DNA of 63,715 nucleotides, the filler included, from Candidatus Tectimicrobiota bacterium (lineage in GTDB: Bacteria > JACPSX01), in NCBI GenBank assembly GCA_016193065.1. It is 7 parts of 7 records of this genome, joined end to end, with 100 filler letters (N's around TTAATTAATTAA, not from the genome) between each part and the next. Parts side by side here need not be neighbours in the genome. Positions count along the whole stretch, not along the records: positions 45,769 to 56,856 come from JACPSX010000154.1; positions 56,957 to 61,061 come from JACPSX010000107.1; positions 61,162 to 63,715 come from JACPSX010000119.1; 4 more parts are not named here. One strand, written 5' to 3'. Below, in pieces: positions 54,307-63,715 of this stretch (positions within the stretch are counted from its first letter, which is position 1; each line of letters opens with the position of its first letter). The translations under genes were made by a program, and so were the position numbers. Below the pieces are notes generated by a model. The model searched no databases. It was not told where the DNA came from and saw only the letters and a program-made list of their open reading frames with translations.

Positions 54307-54954
54307 ATGATCCAAGCAGTCAGAACCCTGAAGCTGTTGTCCCTGCTGGTATTCTTCTTTATCGGGTTGGGAACCATCAGCACGCCTCCACTCCTTGCCC
54401 AGGAAAGAAAGGCCCCGCTTGTCGTCTGCTATTCCGCCCTGGTGGCCTCTCAGTCGATCCCATGGATCGCCAAAGAAGCGGGGTTCTTCGACCGCCAGGG
54501 GCTGGCCGTGCGGCTGGTCTACATTGCCTCCAGCTCCAAGAGCACGGCGGCGCTCCTGTCGGGAGACGTGGACGCCTGCATCACCGGCGGCATCGGGATC
54601 ATGAGAGCGAAGCTGGCCGGGGCGGAGGTCTACCAAGTCCCCGCTCATCCAGCGCGTCGTCCAGGCCAGGGCAGACGGGGTTCACCGGTTCCAGACCGAT
54701 AAAGCCTACGCTTCGAAAGTCATCAGAAGTACACACGGTCCTCGAGCGCAGAGGATTTGGAAGCGACTTACCGGGCAGAGGGGAGCATCATGGACCGGGG
54801 ACTCAACGTGCACCGGGATGCCCTCCAGGCTACACTGGAGGAGATTCGCAAGGACACCCCGCAGGCCGCCCAGGCCAAGCCAGAGGACTTCGTCGATTTG
54901 CGCTTTGTAAACGACCTCAGGCAAGCCGGTTACCTGGAGCGCCTGTGGAAATAG
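54307..54954 (+). pseudogene. NMT1/THI5-like ABC substrate-binding protein with a large internal deletion and frameshifts
   Basis: N-part: signal peptide, WIAKEAGFF..G, ALLSGDVD. C-part: PEDFVDLRFV..L..GY..LW. Junction near 54630. Confidence 0.75.
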
Positions 54955-54959
54955 CCGAG

Positions 54960-56856
54960 TCAGACTCGCCAGTCTAGGATCTTCTGGATATATCCTTCTT
55001 GCTGGCGCAGCAGCGGATACTCACGCTCCAAGATTTGCCAGCTTCTAGTGCCAGCGTCGGGTATGTTTTGGAGAGCCGTATCCGTAAGAAATTCGCTTCT
55101 CCGCGAAGGGGGTCTCCCGGCTTAATCTGCTCAGTTCCCTCAAGACATCGAACTTCTCGCGATTGCCTTCGAGCCCCCCATGGTGGAGGCCATGGGGATC
55201 GAGAAATCGCACATGCGTCCTTTGTTCGGCGCGATTTCTAATCCACAGGATAAAGTCCGGGTAAAAACCGCTGCGGCGGAAGAATCCGACGCCCACTTTG
55301 GGAAGGTTACGAAGGAGGAAGAGTTCGAGGTGACAATATGGCTCGGCTTCGTGGTTGTTCCTCCAGAAGTCCCGCAGATCCTCTGCAAATTTAGCCTCCG
55401 CCTTCCCCAGCCCCGGAGGACTCACGGACATGTCTTTCGCCCAGTCCCCTTCGGAACTCAGAAGAAGCGGGCTAAAAAGGTGCTGGTCAACGTGGAGACG
55501 AGGCAGTGGTTTCCCACCATCACTGAATAGCTCCGTCGGGTTACGGAGCAATGCCTCCAACTCCTGGAGCAACTCCTCAGAAGTGACCCGANNNNNNNNN
55601 NNNNNNNNNNNNNGAGACGACGCTGTCATGGACAGCCGGCAGTGAGCCCAGTTCCAAATGCCGGCCCTCCGCTTCCCTCTCCATGCAAGCGACGAATCTG
55701 TCCAAATAAGTCTTCAATACCCTTAATGCCCCTTCCTGCACCAAATGCGGATTGAAGAGGTCATCCGCGGGTATGGAGAGGGTGCTATTTTGCAGAATGG
55801 ATGAAAGATGGCTGCGCGGAACATAAAGATTTCCACAGTCCCGAGCAGCCTTGTACTCAACCAGATCCGCGTGCAGTGTATCCAGATCCAACAGTCCCAC
55901 GTTCGTTGCATCCGAAAAATCTACTCGTTTCCGCTTCCCCATCCACTGAGTGGGAACATCTCGGCCCGATACGGCCGTCACTTGCGGAGTTAAATCCACC
56001 GAGACATGGAGAGGTTCCACGCTGAGAGTCCAGGTCTCGGATTCCACCTTGTAACCGGACTGGGGTTTTGGGATAGGCAGCTCCGGCCATGGATCGAAGG
56101 ACTTCCGGACCGGAATACGGAGTTCCTGGCCCAGATCCTCTTGCCCCAGCATCTCCCGGAAGGACTGGATGTAGTCCGCGTTCCAACCGAAAATGAAAAG
56201 GGTTTCGAGTCCGTCCAAACCTTCGGGGTGGGGAGCCTCCTCGGGAAGTGCCGCGCTCCGCTTTAGAGTCCATTTCTTGCCTTTCAACCTCACACCGCGT
56301 CCAAAGAGTTGGATCACCTGAGGTCCTTCCCCCTTCCCGATATTGAGGAGCCCCATCGCGGAAACCCGCCAACTCGACCACCCCTCAATGAACTTCTTCG
56401 CTCCAATCAGCAAGTTTACCCGCGAATCCGGCGCATTGACCGCTGCAAAGAGCGAGGGCGTAAACCGGTCTTCCCGGACCTCGATTCCAAGGTTCTCCAT
56501 CAGGTGCTTCTTGAAAGCCGACACGTCGCCGATGTTGATGACCCCAAAGTAGTGGTTCTCCTTTCCTTCCGGTGCCGAGACCCGCAGGGCCAACTCGCCT
56601 TCCGCGCCTTTGATCTCCCACACTTCCAGGCCGCCTTGCCCGTGAAGCATCTCTGCGGCAATCTGCTTGTAAAGGCCGTCGGCATCTTTTTTCTTGAGAT
56701 AGTTAAGACGCGAAGCGAAGAGGTCCTCCCTTGAATCCTGGTCGGTAAAGCCGCTCTCTCCTCTCAGGATTCGCCGCATGCTTTTCACGGCCCAATCCCG
56801 ATCTTCCAGAAAATGTCTAAGGAAAGCGACGACCGTAGCCACATCGCTCCGCTTCT
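54960..56856 (-). CDS. Type III restriction enzyme Res-like helicase/nuclease, 5'-truncated, with a gap at 55592-55613 and a frameshift near 55088
   Basis: IGAKKFIEGWSSWRVSAMGLLN, IQLFGRGVRL and FYPDFILW..FLDPHG; the C-terminus continues in another frame to TGA at 54960. Confidence 0.8.
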
Positions 56857-56956
56857 NNNNNNNNNNNNNNNNNNNNNNNNNNNNNNNNNNNNNNNNNNNN
56901 TTAATTAATTAANNNNNNNNNNNNNNNNNNNNNNNNNNNNNNNNNNNNNNNNNNNN

Positions 56957-58303
56957 CCGGGCCGGAATGCGAAACTCCAGGCGCACGCGGCCCGTGCCGT
57001 GATTCACCATGCGGGTTATCTGCCCCTTGCGGCCTCCCACCTTCTGGGTGACAACCCCGATGAATTCCTCGGGACAGTCAATGACGAGATGCTCCATGGG
57101 TTCCAAAGTCCGGCTGTCGACTTGCTTGGTGAGTACCACGGGCTTGCCCGCCTCCAGTTCGTACCCCTCGCGGCGCATCATCTCAATGAGGATGGCCAAC
57201 TGCAACTCGCCTCGGCCCACCACCCGCAGCGAATCCGGCAATTCCGTCTCCTCAACATGGATCCCCACGTTGATATCCGCTTCTTTCAAGAGTCGCTCCC
57301 GCAGGTGACGGGAGGTTACATATTTGCCTTCGCGACCGGCAAACGGAGAGGAATTAGCCGAGAAGATCATGGCCACTGTGGGCTCATCAATTCGGATCGG
57401 AGGCAGAGCCAGCGGGTTTTCCACCTCCCCGATCGTATCCCCGATATCGACCCCCGGAAGGCCCGCCAACGCCACCAGATCTCCCGCCTCAGCTTCTTCC
57501 ACCTGGATGCTCCGGAGTCCCTGATAGGTATAAAGTACGGTGACCTTGTTCGTCTCCACGGCTCCGCTGGGCTTGAGGACCGACACCCGCTGCTGAGTCC
57601 GGACGCGTCCATTCACGATGCGGCCGATGGCGATTCGTCCCACGTAATCATCCCAGTCCAGGCTGGCGATGCGGATCTGGAGCCCAATGTCCGGATCGAA
57701 ACGCGGCGACGGCACCGTAGCCAGCAAGCTCTCAAACAAAGGCTCGAGTGTCCGGCCCGGGACTTCCAGATCTTTCGTTGCCGTGCCCCGCTTCGCATCC
57801 GTGTAGAGCACGGGAAAGTCGAGCTGATCCTCGCTGGCCTCCAGGTCGATGAACAGGTCGTAGATCTCGTCCAGCACCTCGGCGGGCCGGGCATCCTTGC
57901 GGTCGATCTTGTTGATGACCACGACGGGAGGAAGGCCTGCCTCCAGGGCTTTCTTGAGAACAAACCGGGTCTGGGGGAGCGGTCCCTCGGCCGCATCCAC
58001 CAGGAGGAGGACTCCGTCCACCAGGGTCAGCGTGCGTTCCACTTCGCTGCCGAAGTCGGCGTGGCCCGGCGTGTCCACAATGTTGATCTTGATCCCACGG
58101 TAAAGGATGGCCACATTTTTCGCCATGATCGTGATCCCCTTTTCCCGCTCCAGGTCAATGGAGTCCATGATGCGCTCGGGGACCGACTCGTTCTCGCGGA
58201 AGATTCCGGACTGCCAGAGCATCCCGTCCACCAGCGTGGTCTTGCCGTGGTCCACGTGGGCAATAATCGCCACATTGCGAATCTCACTTCTTTCTTGCAC
58301 CAT
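56957..58303 (-). CDS. typA: Translational GTPase TypA/BipA, 3'-truncated
   Basis: [30 protein letters not shown] and GRGELQL. Confidence 0.97.
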
Positions 58304-58642
58304 ACCTCCTCTTCCTGAACCTCCTCTTCCCGGGAAAACCTGCCATTCCGGCTCCTAGCCACAGCCCGGGTGCTCCAAGAAACGGTTATGTTACCAGCTT
58401 TCTCCCCCTTCTCCCCCTCTTTTCTTGGGTTGCCGGAACTCCCGGTAACTTTCGTTAGACCTAACTTTCCCTTGCCCGATGAGACAGGCGTCATCTAATA
58501 TAGAAAGCATTGAGGACTGCAGAACTAAAGTCCTATACACCTTGCCGTGCTCAATCAGACCCCCTTACCTTTATCCTCCTCCCCCTTCCGGAGGGAGAGG
58601 ATGGGGTGAGGCGGGAGGTTTCTCTTGAGAGGAGGGGATTTT

Positions 58643-59737
58643 ATGGCTCTCAAAGAGGCAGCAACCGTAGATGCCTTGCAAGTATTCTACACCGACTTGG
58701 AGCGCAAGCACCTGGCTCCCTTATGGACCGCCACCGCCGACCTTCTCCCCCGGGAGCCCAAAACCAAGGTATTGCCGTTTCTCTGGCGCTGGTCCGACCT
58801 CTGGTCTCTGGCCCAGCGCTCCGGGGAACTGATTCCCATCGAGCGCGGCGGCGAGCGCCGGGTTCTGGCCCTGATCAACCCGGGTCTGACGGGCAGGTAC
58901 CGCACCAGCCATACGCTGTGGGCCGCGGTTCAGTACCTGCAGCCCGGCGAGCGGGCTCCCGCCCACCGTCACACCCCCGCGGCCATTCGCTGGATCATCC
59001 AGGGGGAAGGCTCCTACACGGCCGTGGATGGGGAAAAGTGCGTCATGGGCCGGGGAGACCTGGTTCTGACCCCCGCCTGGAGCTGGCACGATCACGGCAA
59101 CGACACCCAGGAGCCCATGATCTGGATGGACGGACTTGACCTGCCGCTGGTCAACGATCTGGACGGGACGTTTTTCGAGCCCTATCCCGACTTTTCCCAG
59201 CCCCTGACCAAGCCGGAGAACGACTCCGAGCGCCGCTACGGCCTGGGGCAGCTCAAGCCCACCTGGGAAAAACAGTTGGGGCCGGCCTCGCCGCTGCTGA
59301 ACTACAAATGGAACCAGACCTCCGAGGCCCTTGGGCGCCTGGCAGGATCCGGTGCAAGCCCCTTCGATGATGTGGCCATGGAGTTCATCAACCCGCACAC
59401 GGGAGGTCCGGTGCTGCCCACCATGGCCTGCTGGATTCAGCTTATCCGCCCGGGCATCCGCACCCGGGCTCACCGGCAGACCAACAGCGCGGTCTATCAG
59501 GTCTTCGAGGGGAGCGGCGCCACGATCATCAACGGGAAGCGGTTTGATTGGAAGAAAGGGGACATGTTCGTGGTTCCCCCCTGGTCCTGGCACGAACACG
59601 CCAACCCCACGGATGCCGAGGCGATCCTGTTCTCCATTCAGGATACCCCGGTCATGGCGGCTCTTGGCCTCTACCGGGAACAAGCCTATGAGGAGAACGG
59701 CGGCCATCAGGAGGTGGTGAGCACCTTCCAGGGGTAG
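58643..59737 (+). CDS. gtdA: Gentisate 1,2-dioxygenase-like bicupin
   Basis: ERRVLALINPG, AHRHT, WHDH, DGLDLP, AHRQT and WHEH. Confidence 0.88.
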   Translation: MALKEAATVDALQVFYTDLERKHLAPLWTATADLLPREPKTKVLPFLWRWSDLWSLAQRSGELIPIERGGERRVLALINPGLTGRYRTSHTLWAAVQYLQPGERAPAHRHTPAAIRWIIQGEGSYTAVDGEKCVMGRGDLVLTPAWSWHDHGNDTQEPMIWMDGLDLPLVNDLDGTFFEPYPDFSQPLTKPENDSERRYGLGQLKPTWEKQLGPASPLLNYKWNQTSEALGRLAGSGASPFDDVAMEFINPHTGGPVLPTMACWIQLIRPGIRTRAHRQTNSAVYQVFEGSGATIINGKRFDWKKGDMFVVPPWSWHEHANPTDAEAILFSIQDTPVMAALGLYREQAYEENGGHQEVVSTFQG

Positions 59738-59886
59738 TTCATCCCCTTACCTCAAAGGGATCAGCCGGGACAAAGAAGATTGTTTTGTTGCCGGAATTCT
59801 GTGCCCTTAACAACCCCGGGGTAGGGTCGGGGAAGGGCACACCAGCATCCTGTTATACCGGCCAAGAAGTGCAGACGCGGAGGGCC

Positions 59887-60573
59887 TTACAGTTGGAAGA
59901 ACCTATTCATACTCTCCTTACCCATTACAGCCACGATCCTCTCGGCGTTTTGGACGAGGACGTGTTCGAGGCGTCTTTTCAGGGCCAGGACATCCTCCGG
60001 AATGGCTCCCTCAATCACGAGATAGCTAACCGGACGCTGGGACACTATCGTGCGCGTTTGTAAACCAAGGAACAGGCTCTTCACGCGCTTGCGGGTTTCT
60101 ACAGTGCGGACGGCCTGTCGGCCGGCAACCGACACGAACGCCAGGCTCTGATTCGAAAGCCTCTCGGCGCGATAAACGGAACCGTCGATCAGTTTGATTC
60201 TCCAGTAATCCGGTCCACGAAAGGACCTGCAGCTTTCAATAAGATTCACGAGGTGGAGCGACACCTCGAAGCGCTGCTCCTCGCACGTGAAGATGAGGAT
60301 TTGGTCCTGACATATGCCGAGAAAGGAGCGGCCGCGGGACCTCACCTCTGCAAACGTGGCAACGGACGTGCGTTTGTCCCGTTTCGCGTGCTGCTCTTCG
60401 CAGACTGCGGTGACGACAGTGACCGCAAGAGCAAGTTCACCTCCAACAGCAAGGCTCCTTGCCAAGCCGGATGCTGCGGCCAGGATGAGGCCCACGTCAG
60501 CGGTCTCAAAAGAGACAGCGCTGCCGTTAACGGGAAGTCCGATAAGATTTCCACCCATAGCTACAACATTCAT
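59887..60573 (-). CDS. Hypothetical protein, probable first integron cassette
   Basis: ATG preceded by GTTGGGC-CAAGGAGG; atypical codon usage; no recognisable motif. Confidence 0.6.
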   Translation of the reverse strand: MNVVAMGGNLIGLPVNGSAVSFETADVGLILAAASGLARSLAVGGELALAVTVVTAVCEEQHAKRDKRTSVATFAEVRSRGRSFLGICQDQILIFTCEEQRFEVSLHLVNLIESCRSFRGPDYWRIKLIDGSVYRAERLSNQSLAFVSVAGRQAVRTVETRKRVKSLFLGLQTRTIVSQRPVSYLVIEGAIPEDVLALKRRLEHVLVQNAERIVAVMGKESMNRFFQL

Positions 60574-60586
60574 CTTGTCCTCCTTG

Positions 60587-60760
60587 GCCCAACGCCAGGG
60601 CGATATAAATACGGAGTATATGATTGCCGCGCTAAAACCTTTGTCTGTCTCAGCGTCGGCATACGACACCCCCTGGTATTCCAATTAACATCCTGAGTTG
60701 CCAAGGTGTTACATGCGGTTCTTCGCTTCCTCGTGGTCTTACATGATTGCCGCGCAAAAC
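60587..60760 (-). mobile_element. attI-like region
   Basis: GTTGGGC core at 60593-60587; direct repeats ATGATTGCCGCGC(T)AAAAC at 60620-60638 and 60743-60760; lies between the intI stop and the cassette-like ORF. Confidence 0.5.
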
Positions 60761-60769
60761 TCTTTTCCT

Positions 60770-60970
60770 TCAAAGCGCGTCCGCCGGTCTCCCGGCGCCT
60801 TCGCCCACCGTTCGAGAGCGTGTATAGATCGGGGTGGTTTTGATATCCCGGCAGCCCAGGAGTTCCTGGACGTGCAAATGTCCTACGCGGCCTCCAACAG
60901 GTGCGTGGCAGGGTGAGAGCGAAAACTGCCCAAGGCCGCCATGGCCCTGCCTTCCTCTTTGTCAGGCAGG
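60770..60970 (-). pseudogene. intI: Integron integrase C-terminal relic
   Basis: Across frameshifts: ATHLLEAA*DICT / VQELLGCRDIKTTPIYT / ..RPADAL*, matching the IntI consensus ATHLLExGYDIRTVQELLGHxDVxTTMIYTHVLNxGxxGVxSPxD. Confidence 0.82.
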
Positions 60971-61161
60971 GAGTGTTTCGGAGCAGAAAGCCAATGGGTG
61001 TGCCATCACATAAATAAAAATTTAAGCCTGCCTCAGAAGCTGTCAAGGGAAATGGGGAAAGNNNNNNNNNNNNNNNNNNNNNNNNNNNNNNNNNNNNNNN
61101 NNNNNTTAATTAATTAANNNNNNNNNNNNNNNNNNNNNNNNNNNNNNNNNNNNNNNNNNNN

Positions 61162-62579
61162 CGACGGACCTCAAGAAAAACCGCGAGGATCTGCAGGCCA
61201 ATGGCGTGCTTCTGGAGCGGAAGCTCCGGGACTTCGGCATTGAGGGTAGGGTGATTCAAGTTCTCCCCGGTCCGGTGGTCACCATGTACGAGTTTGAACC
61301 GGCCTCGGGTGTGAAGGTCGCCCGCATCGTGAGCCTGGCGGACGACTTGGCCCTCGGCATGAAGGCGACCGGGGTTCGGATCGTGGCTCCGGTGCCGGGC
61401 AAAGCCGTGGTGGGCATTGAGATCCCCAATCCGCAGCGCGAGCCGGTCTGCCTGCGCGAGATTCTCTCTTCCCCCGAGTTTCAGAAATCTCCGTCGAAGC
61501 TGACCCTGGGACTCGGTAAAGATATTCTGGGGCGTCCGGTGGTGACGGACCTGGCCCAGATCCCCCATCTGCTCATTGCCGGAGCGACGGGCTCGGGGAA
61601 GAGCGTGGGGATCAACAGCATGATCTGCAGCATCCTGTTCAATGTCACCCCGGACGAAGTCAAGTTCATCATGATCGATCCCAAGATGCTGGAGCTCTCC
61701 TCCTACGACGGGATTCCCCACCTGATTTCTCCTGTGGTCACCCACCCGAAGAAGGCCGCGGTGGCCCTGAGATGGGCCGTGATGGAAATGGAGAGACGCT
61801 ACCAGCTCATGGCCGAGTGGGGAGGTCGCAACGTGGATTCATTTAATGAGGTGATCCGGGAGCATCGAGAGGGGAGAGGGGAGAGAAGGCGCGAGGGGCC
61901 TGCCGGGGACGATTCTTCCCAACCCTCCGAGCTTCCATTGCTGGTGATCGTCATCGATGAGCTGGCGGACCTGATGATGGTCTCTTCCCGGGAGGTGGAA
62001 GACTGCCTGACCCGGCTGGCCCAGATGGCACGCGCGTCCGGGATTCATCTTCTGGTGGCAACCCAAAGACCCTCAGTCGATGTCCTCACGGGGATCATCA
62101 AGGCCAACTTCCCGGCCCGCATTTCTTTTCAAGTCTCCTCCAAAACCGATTCCCGCACGATCCTCGACTCCAGTGGGGGCGAGCGCCTGTTGGGGAAAGG
62201 GGACATGCTCTTCCTACCGCCGGGTACCTCCAAGCTCTTGCGGATCCACGGCGCCTTTGTGTCCGATGTGGAAATCCGCCGCCTGGTTTCTTTCCTGAAA
62301 AAATCCGGCAGGCCCACCTACGACGATTCGGTGACCCGCCCTCAGGTCTTCGAAGACGCCGTCCCTGAGGATGGGGAACGGGATGACAAGTACGATGAGG
62401 CCGTTGCCCTGGTGGCCCAAACCGGGCAGGCTTCCATTTCCATGATTCAGCGCCGCCTGCGCATCGGCTTCAATCGGGCGGCTCGGCTCATCGAGATCAT
62501 GGAGCAGGAGGGGCTGGTGGGTCCCGCGGAAGCGGGCAAGCCTCGTGAAGTTTACGTCAAGCCGAAAACTACCAGCTAA
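61162..62579 (+). CDS. ftsK: DNA translocase FtsK (motor and gamma domains), 5'-truncated
   Basis: GPVVTMYE, AGATGSGKS, IDELADLMM, ATQRPSVDV and SMIQRRLRIGFNRAAR. Confidence 0.97.
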
Positions 62580-62782
62580 CCATCCACTTCTGGATTGTCC
62601 TGACAGCCCTCATCAACAACCAGTTGGATCACCCTCACCCGTGCCCTCTCCCTGAAGGGAGAGGGGATTGGGGTCTTTGCTTTTCCCCCGCAGAGCATAG
62701 GGTCTCAAGATGATACGCCCGGGTCCGCAGTCTGCACCTAAAGACTACCGTCCCTAAAGCCGTAAAGATATTGAGGAAACGG

Positions 62783-63715
62783 ATGGGCTTTGCCTACTCT
62801 AACCCAAGGGTCCAGATGATGGAAACAGAGGGGAAACGATTGCGCGCCGTGAACAACCTTTCCGGCCCCGCCCAAGCCGGCACTCCCATTGATCGTATTC
62901 CCCGCCGGCTCCTCGAGCTGATGGCCCTCGAGGAAATCGGCCAGGTGGTCGTCTCCATCTATGATCTCAATGTGGTTCTTCCTCTGGTCCTCTCGGCTGC
63001 CCTGGTGGAGCTCCAGGCGGAGACCGGATCCATTATGCTTCTGGACCCGGAGACCCATCAACTGCGGCTTGCAGCCGCCGTCGGTCTCGAGGAGTACGTT
63101 GGGAAAACGGAAGAAAAGGGATCCGGAGGAGGGATATCCCGCTACGTTTTGGAGAAAGGTGAACCTCTTCTGATCGAGGATATTGACCGCTCCGTTTTCC
63201 GGAAGGTGAACAATCAGAAGCGCTACACGACCCGCTCCCTCATTTCGATGCCGATCAAAGTCCACGAGGAACCGCTGGGGGTCATAAACGTCACCAACAA
63301 GAAAAACCGGGGGACTTTCACTCCGGAGGATCTGAAGATCCTGCAGATCGTGGCCTACCAGGCAGCCCTGGCCATCAAAAATTCGCGGCTCTCCTGCCAA
63401 GTGGAGATCATTGAGAAGAAATTTGCCGCGGCGGAGAAGCTCTCACTGGCCGGTCAGTTTGCGGCCGGAATTGCCCACGAGATCGGAACTCCTCTCAACG
63501 TGATCCGGGGCCGGGCCCAGTTCCTGCTCATGCGGCTCCCCCCCGATGTTCCCTACCGGCAGGACCTTGATCTCATCGTTGAGGAATCAGACCGTATATC
63601 CCGTCTCGTCTACCAGTTCCTCGATCTATGCAGGCCGGCCCCCTGCGAGAAGCGCTTGGTGTCCATCAATGAAATCCTGGAGCACGTCTTTGTTCTGCTC
63701 CGTCACAAGATTCCC
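62783..63715 (+). CDS. GAF-domain sensor histidine kinase, 3'-truncated (absent from the ORF track)
   Basis: Manual translation: GSIMLLD..SLISMPIK..LGVINVTNK..FTPEDL..QAALAIKNSRL..AAGIAHEIGTPLN. Confidence 0.9.
   Translation, partial: MGFAYSNPRVQMMETEGKRLRAVNNLSGPAQAGTPIDRIPRRLLELMALEEIGQVVVSIYDLNVVLPLVLSAALVELQAETGSIMLLDPETHQLRLAAAVGLEEYVGKTEEKGSGGGISRYVLEKGEPLLIEDIDRSVFRKVNNQKRYTTRSLISMPIKVHEEPLGVINVTNKKNRGTFTPEDLKILQIVAYQAALAIKNSRLSCQVEIIEKKFAAAEKLSLAGQFAAGIAHEIGTPLNVIRGRAQFLLMRLPPDVPYRQDLDLIVEESDRISRLVYQFLDLCRPAPCEKRLVSINEILEHVFVLLRHKIP

Noticed and set aside
59740-59886. Possible attC after the cassette-like ORF
   Set aside because: No GCCCAAC complementary to the cassette core and no proper L''/L' pairing; at best degenerate.

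Overview
This is not one continuous locus. It is seven contigs of a GC-rich bacterial draft genome or MAG, joined by 100-bp N-TTAATTAATTAA-N linkers, so adjacency across a linker means nothing. The gene content resembles Nitrospirota/Nitrospinota-Tectomicrobia/deltaproteobacterial genomes (low-confidence inference). Contig 1 (1-22889): uvrA, truA, a soluble MgtE-domain/NRAMP-like pair and an MFS transporter, then a ~13-kb respiratory cluster. That cluster has DUF420/ctaB/ctaA divergent from a CydA-like (bd-like) subunit with no cydB, a diheme cytochrome c, a triheme-c/EB_dh heme-b fusion, a cupredoxin and a full A1-type aa3 oxidase. Contig 2: csp, uppS, pit/DUF47, lon, hsp20. Contig 3: TPR lipoprotein, rodZ, aroE and type IV pilus genes. 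Contig 4 is a defence-type island: a DUF3883 helicase tail, MNT-HEPN, a broken TIR gene and two attC sites that bracket a 2.7-kb integron cassette encoding an SF1 helicase-Vsr/DUF559 nuclease fusion. Contig 5: ctaG, an uncharacterised gene pair, groESL with CIRCE, SDR, tatC, MDR, queD/queC and a type III Res-like gene. Contig 6: typA, gentisate dioxygenase, a decayed integron integrase with a downstream attI-like site and a cassette-like ORF. Contig 7: ftsK and a GAF histidine kinase. Intergenic DNA carries nested MITE/REP-like repeats and a ~20-bp CCGGGTACCC hairpin element that also occurs inside a coding sequence. Many genes have abrupt internal deletions that may be assembly errors. All family assignments come from motif recognition; no database searches were run.
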